DNA from: Octopus bimaculoides
Taxonomy: Eukaryota
Length of the DNA stretch: 45,346 nucleotides
Assembly: GCF_001194135.2 (NCBI RefSeq)
Contig: NC_068983.1
Span: 85,175,375 to 85,220,720, forward strand
Direction: 5' to 3'
How positions within the stretch are numbered: position 1 is the first letter of the stretch; each line of letters starts with the position of its first letter. The notes below the pieces were generated by a model, which ran no database searches, was not told the origin of the DNA, and saw only the letters and a program-made list of their open reading frames with translations. Positions 13,201 through 24,084 of the stretch are shown piece after piece. The translations under genes and the position numbers were made by a program.

Positions 13201-16200
13201 TCTCAGCCTTGCATCTCTCTCTCTCTCTCTCTCTCTCTTTATCCTTATATAATTTCAGGTTTCAAATATTTTTTTCTCTCTTCTTTTCTTTTGTCAGATA
13301 ATAAAAAAGATCAATCTCATAAAATGAAGAATCTTTTAGAAATTTTGTCTGATCCTTCAAAACGGTATGATTTTTACTTCTTTGTAATTTTCTTCTCTGA
13401 AGACTCTTGTGGAAAATAGTTTTACATTACTATTGTTTGTTATTGCAGTCTTCCAATGACCACCTTGCTGAAATGTGAACAGGTCTTATTGAAAATGGAA
13501 CTATCAAAGCCAGTAAGTGTGCAAGTTCTGAAATGAAATTGCTTGTAATTCTATTTATTTTTATCTTCAAAGAAAAGTTCACTCACCCTCTGTTTATAAA
13601 ATAAACCTTGTTTTTGTACATCATTAACATTTGGTGACTGTATTCTGGATTTGATTTACTTCACTTAAGAGTTCAATTTCATTGTAACATGTTGAAGCTA
13701 GATTAAATCATCTGCAATACATTCTCTTAAATTGATTAAAATAATCCATTTGTTGTTATCAGCACTTTTCTCGTGAAGTAATCTTTTTATTTTGCCTCCA
13801 AATATAAAATTACACAGACTACTGTAGTAATGGTAAAAGACAGAGGAAGCAAGAATTGGGTTATAAAAAACACTTCGTAATAATCTGAAATTATTGATTA
13901 TTATTACTCCTACTATGTAAGATTTATAAACAGCTGTCATTACAGTGCCTTGCAGTGTCTCTTCTGACTGTCTGCACTCTGACTTAAGATCTTACCAAAG
14001 TCAACTTTGAATTTCATCTGTTCAGAATCGACAAGCTCTCTAGGTTGATAATGTCTAACAAACTGGGTGTTTTGTAAAAGACATCCAAAAAAGCAATGAG
14101 AAACCACTCTTGTATACTCTCAAGTGCAAAAAACTTGTCAAGGAAGTCACCCAGGGTTATTTATCAGTCTAATGGCATGTCTATATAGGGTTTATGTCTT
14201 AAAAATATTCACTTAAATCTTAATTTTAGTTGACAAACTCTTTGAAATTATGAAATGTGTTGTCATTAAAGAAATAAATTTGCAATCTTGGTGTCTAAAT
14301 ATACTTCCATACGATTGGATTTGCTAAAATGTTTTCTTTTTATCATTACACAATCTGTGATTCCTCTAATTTGCTATTCAAAAAGAAATGTCTCTCAATT
14401 GAGACTGTTCTTCCTAAAATTTACTCACTGTTCTACCTGTAAGTGGAAAAGTTGAATGAATTGTTAGTTTTTTTCCCTCCCTGCTGATTTTTAACACTTT
14501 TTAATCATTTTTTTTCTTTTTAGCCTTCCTCCAGTGATGGCAGTGGGTCTAGCTCCAAAAATGGAGAACAACATATGTGTCAACCCTTACTTGATTCTAT
14601 TGCTGCACACATGAAGTCTCCAATGCTAAACCACACACTTCATCGTACTTTTGGACCTGCTGTTGCAGCTCTCCGTGGCCAGCCTATTCGGTAAGAGATA
14701 GTTTTTTGAGTTTTTCTTTTACCCCATGTTCCTTAAACAAAACCTTCTGCTCTTTTGAACATGCAGGATCCATGCCATCACTACCCAGTTTCACTGCACT
14801 TATCTGTCTTCATTATCATCATCAGTATTGTGTCTCATTCTCCAGAACTTACACTCAATACTTTTCTCATTCCTTCTTCCCCAGAGTGGCATTTCTCTAG
14901 AATTTTCTTTTCTTGTCTAGTTTCCCTATCAGTGCTGACTTTGGGCACCTACAAAGATCATGGGTGTCCTCCAAACTTATATAGCTAATCTTTTTTCTAA
15001 ATACAAGTTCTGGTTACCTTGTTGTAGAGCATACATGCCTAATCTGCCACATTGCACCTCATTACACACTTTATGCAAACAATCACTGCACAGTAGGGAA
15101 CACATAGTGGTACATCAGATATCCAACAACTACAAATCACAACCCAATATTGATCCAGTATTATAGGTTTACACTGTCAGAATTGACTTGTAACATAACT
15201 CCCTAAGCAAAAGGAAACTAGTGATTATTTCTATATCACTATTCTGTGAAGTCCTGAAATCCTTTAAAGCATCAGAATGGAACCAAAGATTTAGATCATT
15301 GTAGTCTGACTCTAGTCAGCTTTGACTGAGCAGACATAACTTCTATGTTATTGTAGGAATTTGTGCATCTGTGAGAGAGGGAGAAAACTGTTTTGTTATT
15401 TTACTCTGACTACTTTCACTGCAGGAGTTGGAGAAGCTGAGTATATTGATTTTTCACACATGCACAAGACTGCAAAACTGGAAGAAAGGAACAAGTGTTC
15501 ATATCAGTCACAGTATTTGGCTGGTACCTTAATTTATTAACTCCAGAAGGTTAAGAGGCAAAGTTGATCACATTGGAATTTCAACTGAAACTTAAGAAAC
15601 TGGAACACAGTACCACCAGGCATTTTGCCTAATACTCTAATAATTAAACATATCGTGATGGAAAGTCATTTGTTTTGTTATTATTTTAGGGTTCCTAGTC
15701 CACCCCCCACTAAGAAACCAAAAGTTTCCAATGAGAAAGATAAATTGTCTAATATACTACAAGGTGAAATTGCTCGATTGCCACACCGGTTCCGTATTAG
15801 CCTAGACCCTGCACATCATGTTAGCTCAAAGACTGTCCATCTTATCTGTAAATTAGGTAAGAATTTCTTTTTTCTCTTTATTATTATTTTTGTTGTCGTT
15901 ATGTGATTACTTGTTTGGTTGGTTGATTGGTTAGTAAATAAACACAAAAACTTGACCTAGTATGACAATAAAGGTTGTAAGTATTTAGAAGTGTATGTAT
16001 GTTTATATCTGTTTGAATTCTATGGAAAATGGAAGAGACATTTAAAAAATGTTGAGTATTCTACAGTAGGTTGAAGACATTTTTATTTGATTGTTAGTTC
16101 GAGAAGATTCCAACTGTAAATGAATTATAATTTTTTTGTGCTCAAATGATCTTTCACACTACTTTGCTTTACTGTGTTGGTGATAGGAAAGGTTGTCATA

Positions 16201-19200
16201 ATAATTTATTGTGAGTTGAAGTTTGAAAGGTGTTTTCTAGTAGTTTGTGTAGCAACATCATTGTTTCCTTATTCTGGCTGAATGTTGTGCTTATGAGTGC
16301 GATTGTTAACTTATTTATTTATAACAAAGTGTTAGCACTCAGCAGTGTTTAGGCATGAGCAGAATTAGTTAAGTTGAAATATGTTTATCATATATTTCAA
16401 CTGCTAAAAGGCACTGTGGAGAATATATCTCTCTTATGGTAAAATGGTGTGAAAACAATCAGTTTGTTTAGTGTTGCCGTCTATTAGGAATCTCTGACAC
16501 TGATGTTTCAAGCTTCTTGGCTCTTGTCAATGAGATGTATCTAAGAGAGGCAACTCTGAATGAACTTATAAAGCCATAGCTTTATGTATAATTCAGTCGA
16601 CGTGATGACTGATTTGCCCTTGTAGATCACCTATTTGAGGGAAAATAACGAAGTGTTAGCGCTAAGCAGTGTTTAGGCATGAGCAAAATTAGTTAAGTTG
16701 AAATATGTTTGTCACATATTTCAACTTCTAAAAGGCAAATACACTACCAAGAAACATCGATGTCTGAGATTCCTAATAGATAGCGACGCTGAATGAACCA
16801 GGTGTTTTCACACCTTTTTACCATAAGAGAGGCATATTCTCCACAGTAACTGCAGGATATTTGAAAAATGTGACAAGCATATTTCAACTTACCTAATTCT
16901 GCTCATTCCTAAACACTGCTTAGCGCTAACACTTTGTTATTTTTCCTTGGCCAGGTGATCTACAGATGATGAAAGGTTAGAGTGTGACAGAGAGGCAGAA
17001 ATGGGTGTCTTGCTGTAGAGGAGGTACATGGTTACCCAGCCAGTGAGAGTTGCTTATCTTAAATTTTAAATACTTCTTAAGTCAACTTACCTTTCACTCA
17101 TACTCAGTCAATATAATAACTAGTCTTGTAATTTTTTCAATTTAGTTGGCTATCACCATCTCTTAAAACAATTTGGCCTTATGCCAATATAAGATTATTG
17201 TTATTTTTTCTTCAGTTGTTTCATGCAACACTCTACTGCACCACTTAGTGCACCTCTGTGCTCTTGAGGTGTGTGCAGCTTTGTGTTCTTTCTTTTGTAG
17301 GGATTGAGAGAGTATAGATCCCTCCCGTTGTGTACTTCCTCATTTTGTTTTGTTATAGAGTTCAGTTTCTTGCTATATGAGTGCCTGTTCTGATGTATGT
17401 GATGTGTGTAATATGACTTTTATTATTATTGTTAAGGCAGTGAGCTGGCAGAATTGTTAGTGCAGTGGATGAAATGCTTAGCAGTATTTCACCCATTGCT
17501 ACATTCTGAGTGCAAATTCTGCCAAGGTTGAATTTGCCTTTCATCCTTTCTGGATCAATAAATTAAATGCTAGTGAAACAGTGGGGTTGATGTAATTGTC
17601 TAGTCCCCCTCCCCACAAATTTGAGGCCTTTTGCCTCCAGTAGAAAGGATTATTATTATTTGAATGGTACATATAACAAAATCACTTGTTTTTTTAACTT
17701 TCTAATGATGTTGAAGCATTATTTTCTATATATTCTGTAACATGTTAATTATATATATATATATTTTTTTTACTATATAAATCTTCCCACATTCTAGATG
17801 ATAAGAACCTACCTAGTGTGCCTCCTATCTTGATTGTGGTACCTGAGGATTATCCTTCAACCAGTCCACAGTGTGACAGCAATGCCGAAGATTATAGTCA
17901 GTATCTCATTTATTGATATCTTCATTTAAACTTAAGTAAATATCTGAGAAATTACTCAACTCTAACTTTGTCCTAGTGTTGAAATAGACTCATTAATCCT
18001 TTTGAGGAAGTTTCAGAAATAAGAATATTGTTGGAGCTGATACATGCTGGTAACAATTGTAAGCCTTACAGTTTCATGGTTTAAATATTATCCAGATGAA
18101 TTTAATCTATAACTTTGTAGTGGTAATGAAGTGAGGTAGAAATCCCATAGCGTGTCAAGCTAGACAAGCCACAAGCTTGTTGATAGTTTAGTGTCTACAC
18201 CTGAATTAGATAAAGCGAAGCAGTGACGAAAGGGAACCAGGTGTTAACATTTTGACAACGACTGAATAAATGTTCTTGAAAAGCATGTGTTGTTACACTG
18301 GGTGGAAGTCATGTGTATTCCTCTGCCACTAGCTTTTAATGGGCAGAGGAATGCAGCACCCTGTGGTGCTATGCTGGGGTGAAGTAATTCTACTGCCCAG
18401 CTACAAATCCATTGTAGTTGTATACTTCTCATTGTATCATGGTACAATGTATACTCTACTTCAGCTAACCTTTGTGTTGTTTTTAAGCTAACTGCATTAC
18501 ATTGCCGTCTACAGCTTCCATCTATTACTAGAACAGGCAACATTACACAGCCTGCTATAAACAAAGTGCATAGTTAAAGTACATTACTTGTCCTAGTTTG
18601 CCAAACTGAAAATAGGTACCATTCTCATTAGTTAATGTTAGATCTCAGTCAGCTCTGATATAACATTGTGCAGTGTGTCGATTTTAAGATGGTAGATGTG
18701 ATTTAAGTGAGATTTAGCTGCTATTTCTAGCAGGTTCAGTGACCATGTAGAAGTTGTCTTAGTTGAGATAACCATTCAACTGTAAAACACCTGATCCAAC
18801 AATATGAGTGCATATATTCAATTAACTTTTATTGAATTACTAATTAAGATGTAACATTGGTGTTGGTGCCATGTAAAGAAAAAATATATACACTCTGCAA
18901 AGTGGTTGGCATTAGGCAGAGCATCCAGCTGTAGAAACCACTCCAATGCACAGTCCATCTGTGCCAGTATGGAAGGAGGACATTAAATGATGATGATGAT
19001 TGACAGATAAACTCTATTAGACATTACTATGATAAGCATAATAAAATTTTCTTAGAATTCATAGACACAGGCTTTTTTGTGTGACATGGAAATTTGCTCT
19101 GGAACAACATGTTTGTGGTTTGTTCCTATTGTGTGTCAATTGGCTTGTGACTTCTACTTTAGCCATGGTCTGACCAATGCCTCTTGAGCAAACTGTTAGA

Positions 19201-20276
19201 TGTAAAAAACAAGAAGCTTGTTATTCATGTTGGTGTGTGTTTGCCCTTTGCCTTGATATTTGTGTTGATTGTAAACAAACCATCACTGTCCATTGTTATT
19301 TGTCTACAATCTTCTGCAAAATCTCAAGCCATTGAGTTGTTCATTATTCAAAGGTCTAGGAGAAATATTACTTTGCTTGAAAACAGGTGAAGGTTAGCTA
19401 CAAAAAAAACATCCGGCCATTGAATGGTAGTGGTAGTTGTTGCTGTTAAACATCCTAGTGCAGTCCCTTATTACACACAACTTCTTATCTATTAAAATCA
19501 TTTTGCACGTAAATTATTCAATCAGTTGTGTAACAGTTTTTTGATAGGCGTAAGTTACAGAAAATTGATGCTGCATCCAAAATTCAGCTCTTGCTTTGAG
19601 CCAATGAAGAAATTTCTGTGTAGTTGTTCAACCTGTAGGAAAAGCAACTAAATCTTCAAAACTCAGAAAAAGAGTATTCATTAGATGATGTGATCCTAAG
19701 TTCACTGTGTCAAGCAAAGAGATTTTAGAGATTAGAATGTCTTTGATTGTTGAACTGCTGCTCATTCAGGGCTCATTTGGTGCTAAACAACAACTATTAT
19801 TCTTGTTACAATCATAAAAGCATTTTTGTTGGGAACACAAGTTGCCATTTGAATTTTCTTATTTTCTAGCTGCTACTCCCTTTCTACAAGGTGTACAGAA
19901 TGCACTTCAGTCAAGTTTACAGAAAATGCCTGATCACTTCTCAGTAGCAACTCTATTAGATACTTGGGTATGTCATAAATTTTTCTTCTCATTGCTTTAA
20001 GTGGTGAAATCAATTATAGTATACAGCAACTAGCATTTATATTGTTAATATTAAATCTGTTTGTCCTGTATACACTGGTTTAATCTGTAGTTGATACATT
20101 TTTCACAAAAGTGCTTTAACAAGTAATAGTCTGAGGCAAAATATTGTTTTATATCCAAATTTGCTGTATTTTATTTGTAGACCATATCTGAAGTTTATTT
20201 GTAATATGTCTTGTCATTTGGTTTTCTAATTTTGCAGGAAATGAGTGTTCGAAGAATGTGTGCACCAACCTCATGA
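4110..20276 (+). CDS. MED15: Mediator of RNA polymerase II transcription subunit 15; 5'-partial spliced CDS of 13 exons (1403 nt, about 466 aa visible)
   Basis: All 12 introns are GT..AG and phases join in frame to a TGA. A Q/P-rich region is followed by APSPGSALNTP, EDQAYLEKLKQLSKFIDPLRRMI, KMKNLLEILSDPSKRLP, CQPLLDSI, NILQGEIARL, VHLICKLDDKNLPSVPP, VPEDYP and LLDTW, which match the MED15 C-terminal region as I recall it. Confidence 0.96.
5097..5279 (+). CDS. MED15: MED15 exon, Q-rich RHDAFMVSQAPPQ...MAVSGPN
   Basis: tttatctttcacag acceptor, gtaatt donor; 183 nt; phase 0/0. Confidence 0.88.
5470..6007. mobile_element. Tigger/pogo-like non-autonomous DNA element
   Basis: TA-CAGT...ACTG-TA termini with degenerate TIRs (cagtaatacctca vs cagtgatgcttca). 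Confidence 0.55.
6590..6800 (+). mobile_element. RTE-like LINE fragment
   Basis: Translates KAVDSFLYLYNLISNGDRCFKSMVAIVRMR..LFLLLVTRRFFLQVK, similar to the RTE post-RT region. Confidence 0.5.
6934..7130 (-). mobile_element. Possible piggyBac transposase fragment
   Basis: RWRDNQVHL..RYSLKERQ..RYNVYVEEGV resembles the piggyBac W.DN..V...YN..MGGVD region; highly decayed. Confidence 0.4.
7227..7313 (+). CDS. MED15: MED15 exon QLPFQGGNPPSVPRSMVQSPYMSPQQYGQ
   Basis: Long pyrimidine tract plus tag acceptor, gtaagt donor; phase 0/0. Confidence 0.9.
7958..8028 (+). CDS. MED15: MED15 exon SPSQVQPASNVSQLNTAHSPATQG
   Basis: tcttttgcag acceptor; weak gtttga donor; phase 2 exit matches the next exon. 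Confidence 0.85.
8865..9145 (-). mobile_element. SINE family B with (GAT)n tail, decayed and compound
   Basis: catcatcatttaatgtctgccttccatactggcatggg and ttttacagctggatgcccttcc, shared with 11780-12095 and 25226-25436. Confidence 0.75.
10341..10468 (+). CDS. MED15: MED15 exon SHMVHSP...APSPGSALNTP
   Basis: tttctag acceptor, gtgagg donor; phase 2/1; conserved PSP..LNTP motif. Confidence 0.93.
10568..10696 (+). CDS. MED15: MED15 exon NPGSVG...AYLEKLKQLSKFIDPLRRMIRKTETEE
   Basis: 99-nt upstream intron, gtaaat donor; phase 1/1; strongly conserved MED15 helix. Confidence 0.96.
11222..11377. other. Assembly gap (N run); other gaps at 25004-25225, 27038-27168 and 44479-44839
   Basis: N runs, mostly flanked by TA/CA microsatellites. 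Confidence 1.
11780..12095 (-). mobile_element. SINE family B
   Basis: gtttctacagctggatgcccttcctaacaccaaccactctgagag is the reverse complement of the 25226-25436 copy. Confidence 0.8.
12461..12667. mobile_element. piggyBac-like MITE
   Basis: TTAA at 12457-12460 and 12668-12671; termini ccctttagca / tgctaatggg (1 mismatch). Confidence 0.8.
13298..13364 (+). CDS. MED15: MED15 exon NKKDQSHKMKNLLEILSDPSKR
   Basis: ttttgtcag acceptor, gtatga donor; phase 1/2. Confidence 0.95.
13449..13512 (+). CDS. MED15: MED15 exon LPMTTLLKCEQVLLKMELSKP
   Basis: 84-nt upstream intron, ttgcag acceptor, gtaagt donor; phase 2/0. Confidence 0.95.
14524..14690 (+). CDS. MED15: MED15 exon PSSSDG...MCQPLLDSIAAHMKSPMLNHTLHRTFGPAVAALRGQPIR
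   Basis: T-tract plus tag acceptor, gtaaga donor; phase 0/2. Confidence 0.96.
15490..15635 (-). mobile_element. SINE family A fragment
   Basis: aggcaaagttgatcacattggaatttcaactgaaac is antisense to the family A head. Confidence 0.55.
15690..15856 (+). CDS. MED15: MED15 exon VPSPPPTKKPK...LQGEIARLPHRFRISLDP...VHLICKL
   Basis: ttttag acceptor, gtaaga donor; phase 2/1. Confidence 0.96.
16621..16964. mobile_element. Fold-back/MITE-like element with 96-bp inverted arms
   Basis: Arms at 16621-16716 and 16869-16964 (tgtagatcacct...aggtgatctaca); a related rearranged copy lies at 16321-16520; no TSD seen. Confidence 0.7.
17434..17660 (+). mobile_element. SINE family A, near full length
   Basis: A-box-like gagctggcagaattg, B-box-like gagtgcaaattc, core ggggttgatgtaatt, (ATT)n tail. 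Confidence 0.85.
17798..17896 (+). CDS. MED15: MED15 exon DKNLPSVPPILIVVPEDYPSTSPQCDSNAEDY
   Basis: ttctag acceptor, gtcagt donor; phase 1/1. Confidence 0.95.
18893..18999 (+). mobile_element. SINE family B 3' fragment
   Basis: gtggttggcattaggcagagcatccagctgtagaaac...ggacattaaatgatgatgatga. Confidence 0.75.
19870..19967 (+). CDS. MED15: MED15 exon ATPFLQGVQNALQSSLQKMPDHFSVATLLDTW
   Basis: ttttctag acceptor, gtatgt donor; phase 1/0. Confidence 0.95.
20238..20276 (+). CDS. MED15: MED15 last coding exon EMSVRRMCAPTS-stop
   Basis: ttttgcag acceptor; TGA at 20274-20276. Confidence 0.92.
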   Translation, partial: EMSVRRMCAPTS

Positions 20277-20401
20277 ATCAAGCTAATTCCTGTAAGGAAT
20301 TTTGGATCCTAAAACACTACTCCCTATTTTTGCCCATCCAACTGTATTTAAAGTATCGATTTTGACATTGTAAATATTTCTTATAATACAATTGAAATAA
20401 T

Positions 20402-20407
20402 AATAAA
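20402..20407 (+). promoter_or_regulatory. Likely MED15 polyadenylation signal AATAAA
   Basis: First AATAAA, about 125 nt after the stop, followed by T-rich sequence. Confidence 0.55.
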
Positions 20408-20499
20408 AAGAGACAAAATTGAGTTTAAATGTTCTTTGAATCATCAGCATTTTATACATTTGCTTTCCATGAATGCATGGGTTGGGTGGATCACATATC

Positions 20500-21255
20500 A
20501 TGAGTTGGTTCTTATTTGGAGAAATTATCCTCTTAGATGGATCAGAGGATCACAAATCTCACTTGTGCAGTCAGTCTCCACATAATTGCATACTTTGTGG
20601 GATCTGAGAAAATGACTGTCTCAAGGCACATTGTTGGTATGATGTACTCTCAACTTCCAGTCTAGAGCTGTGGAAAGTAATCCTGGTTGTTGATGTTTCA
20701 GTGAAAGGAGCTTCCCTCTAGCTTTGAGAAAAGTGATGGCTTCCTTCTGGGGGTGGTGTCTAATGGACTGAATGGCTGTTATCACCTCCATAATCTTGAA
20801 CACCTGGTCATTTTGCCAGTAATAGTGATCATCAGCTAAGGCTTTGGGGCAGTGCTGAAATGTTGAAGGGACCTTCTTTTAGCACACAAGGGACAGAAAG
20901 GCACTTTGCTCCTGCCTTGTGTGAATATTTGTTGGCCTTGTTAAGGTGTCATAGACTGTCTGGATCTGAGATCTGACGAGGTGTTATTTTGCCCAGGATC
21001 ATTGTTAGCTAAGTCGTACTATCTTTCTAACTCATGCTTTTTCTAAACTTGTGTGACTGCATGAGCTTCTTCTTGGAGGAGATATTCTTAGCCCTTTCCT
21101 TTGGCATTACCAAGTGTGTGAGTGTGTATGGGTATGCATAATCACTATCGACCAGACTATCGGATGTTATACACCACTGATCATAATGCCCTTTCTCACA
21201 TTGTTGTAACTTATGAATGATATCACCCCACTGGCTAGGTGAGCAGGCCAGCATT
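20500..21255 (-). mobile_element. Non-LTR retrotransposon with restriction-like endonuclease (HERO/R2-superfamily-like), C-terminal fragment
   Basis: Across frameshifts: CPLCAKRRSLQH..ALADDHYYWQNDQV (CCHC knuckle), GLLSTALDWKLRV, TVIFSDPTKYAIM (PD..D endonuclease region). Confidence 0.7.
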
Positions 21256-21269
21256 CTCCCCAATCAAAT

Positions 21270-21420
21270 CCCAGGTCATCGCAGGGTTACTCATTCACAG
21301 CTGAATGTATTAGAGCAGTATGTAATGAAGTGTTTTGTTGAAGAACACAACGCACTATCCGTTTAGGAATCGAAACTATGATCTTGTGAACAACACTAAC
21401 TACTAAGATATGTGCCTGGG
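21270..21420 (-). mobile_element. tRNA-derived SINE head fragment
   Basis: gaacacaacgcactatccgtttaggaatcgaaactatgatcttg...actaactactaag is an antisense B box/A box arrangement. Confidence 0.6.
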
Positions 21421-21679
21421 AAACGTTCTCAGTATGCAAATAAAGCTCCTGTTCTTTTATGCTGGCCACAGTCTAATGATGCTGACTGGTGAACCAGTTT
21501 TTCAGGGTTGCACTGAGCTGTACCGATATAATGTAGAATAAATATAATAATAATCCTTCAATGGAATTTATAAACATCTAATATATCGCTACATGCGTTT
21601 CCACACATCACGTCTCTCAAGAGACGTGATTTGTGGAAATGCACGTAGCGATGCATTAAATGTTTTATAAATTCCATCC

Positions 21680-22055
21680 AAGGATTGCGGCTGTATGGTA
21701 AGGGGCTTGCTTACCAACCACATGGTTCCAGGTTCAGTCCCACTGCGTGGTACCTTGGGCAAGTATCTTCTACTATAGCCTTGGGCCAACCAAAGCCTTG
21801 TGAGTGGATTTGGTAGATGGAAACTGAAAGAAGCCCATCGTATATATGTTTGTGTGTCTGTGTTTGTCCCCCCAACCATCGCTTGACAACCGATGCTAGT
21901 GTGTTTACATCCCGTAACTTAGCGGTTCGGCATAAGAGACCGATAGACTAAGTACCATTCTTAGTAAGAATAAGTCCTGGGGGTCGATTTGCTCGACCAA
22001 AGGCGGTGCTCCTGCATGGCCGCAGTCTGAAACAAATAAGAGTAAAGAGTATATA
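21680..22055 (+). mobile_element. tRNA-derived SINE family C, near full length
   Basis: tatggtaaggggcttgc (A box), ggttcagtccc (B box), ccttgggcaagt core, GT-rich middle, aaataagagtaaagag tail. Confidence 0.85.
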
Positions 22056-22118
22056 AATAATAAGCATGGCTTATTCGCAATTTTACAACCGAAAGGCAGA
22101 AATAAATACATCACTAAA

Positions 22119-22334
22119 GTGACTTAGGGCACTAGTCAGCACCAGTATTGCTAGAAATAGGAGTAAAAACAACAACTAGCCACAAGAAAGCACTTATCTT
22201 AATGATTGACAAGGGAGGCAAGCCCTGGTGCTGTAGGGAGCTTGCCTCCCTTGTAAATCATTAAAATAAGTGCTTTCTTCTGGGTACGAGTTGTTTTTAC
22301 TCCTATTTCTAGCAATACTGGTGCCCTAAGTCAC
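22119..22334. repeat. Inverted repeat with about 105-bp arms and an 8-nt loop
   Basis: gtgacttagggcac...gcaagccct / agggagcttgc...gtgccctaagtcac. Confidence 0.85.
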
Positions 22335-22632
22335 ACACACACACTTCTTTACGTCTCGTATCAGGCCGTGCGTTGCGTGACTAGTTGGCATTTGAAGCAG
22401 ACATTGTGTTTAAAGGATTTTGTATGCAGACAACATGAAATGGGATTTTAACCCTTTTATTAGAATATGTGCTGGAAGTTAGAATTTTTGGCATCTCCTT
22501 AGTACCGAAGTTTCATCTCTATGGCACTTTTTCGTTTTGGTTGCAATATTTTGTCTTCTAGAAGACTGCGGTACTTCAGTCTCTGGTAAAGTGATTTGTT
22601 GAATATATCGTATCTTAAAAGTGTTTCGTTAA

Positions 22633-24084
22633 TGTTAATATATAGACCAGTTTCTCGGGACATTTGTTATGAGAAAGGCAACTGGTCATGTATCTCCTTT
22701 GCATCTTCTCGAGGCCAAGAAGAATAATGATTTCAAATGTTGGCACAAGGTCTGCCACTTTGCGGGTAGGCGGTAAGTTGATTACATCGACCCCAGGACT
22801 CAACTAGTGTTTATTTTATCAACCCCTGAAACGATGAAAGGCAAAGTCGGCGTCGGCGGAATTTGAACTCAGAACATAAAGACGGACGAAATTCCGCAAG
22901 GCATTTTACCCGGTGTTTTAACGGTTTTGCCAGCTCTCTGCTTTCAAGAAGAAGAATGAGGCGACCACTAGAACATAAATTTCTCGTGTATGAGCATGTG
23001 CACAGTTATGCAGGCTCGAGCACGCAGGCGTACTTGCTTTGAGCTCAAGCAGTACCGAGGGTTGAATACATAAGATAAACTCAACAATTTTGTTCGCTGA
23101 AGTTATAAACTAAGCTAATGGCTTTTTTAAGCTCAAAAAGTTCGGGTACTTATAGCTGACGAGATACAACGTATCGTAACATCAGTGACCCAGAATCCCT
23201 TGCGCCAATGAGCCTAGTGTGTCTTCAACACACAATCTATCATAAAAGGAATAATTCACCTGTGACATACACAACAATTTGAATTTGCTGGAACGTTTTA
23301 AAAATAAATGTGCAAATTATCATTTCAGATGTTGCTGTACACAGTACAAATAACGAATTATATATATTGGTAAAAGAAAATGCATGATCTAACCGAAGGG
23401 AGATAACGACCAATATCAGTTGATATTAGTTCTCACCCTTTAATTTGAGTTATTTGTGATTTTTAATTTTTTGTTTCTCAATATCCTGTCATAGAGACTT
23501 TAATTCTCATAATTTTTTCTTAAAGATGGCAGTGCCTTCATAACCATCCTAAATTATTTCAAGTTAACAGAAGATCGTCGCCGATATGTAACAATATACA
23601 TCCGTCATATAAAAAGAATAATATTAGAATGATAAATTGCATTGCAGTATCGTATACTCTTTCAGTTTGTTACATCAAAGTTTATATATGTATGTATGCG
23701 TGGGAAGTATGTATGCATACAGGTATAACTTTGACAGCGAATATTTTGAACAACAGCGAAGAAACCGTCTCCTTGCATACACAAACCGTCTCCCTGTTAA
23801 TATATAGACCAGTTTCTCGGGACATTTGTTATGAGAAAGGCAACTGGTCATGTATCTCCTTTGCATCTTCTCGAGGCCAAGAAGAATAATGATTTCAAAT
23901 GTTGGCACAAGGTCTGCCACTTTGCGGGTAGGCGGTAAGTTGATTACATCGACCCCAGGACTCAACTAGTGTTTATTTTATCAACCCCTGAAACGATGAA
24001 AGGCAAAGTCGGCGTCGGCGGAATTTGAACTCAGAACATAAAGACGGACGAAATTCCGCAAGGCATTTTACCCGGTGTTTTAAC
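22633..24084 (+). repeat. Identical 290-bp direct repeat (22633-22922 and 23795-24084)
   Basis: Base-by-base identity at offset 1162; includes about 90 bp of non-SINE flank plus most of the SINE. Confidence 0.92.
22722..22941 (-). mobile_element. SINE family A, full length
   Basis: Antisense of gcagagagctggcaaaaccgttaa...ggggtcgatgtaatcaactta...gtgccaacatttgaaatcattatt. Confidence 0.88.

Noticed and set aside
23151-23186. Second hammerhead-like motif CTGACGA-GATAC-aac-GTATC-GTAA
   Set aside because: GAAA is GTAA, helix III is broken and no helix I pairing exists; at most a plain hairpin or a dead relic.
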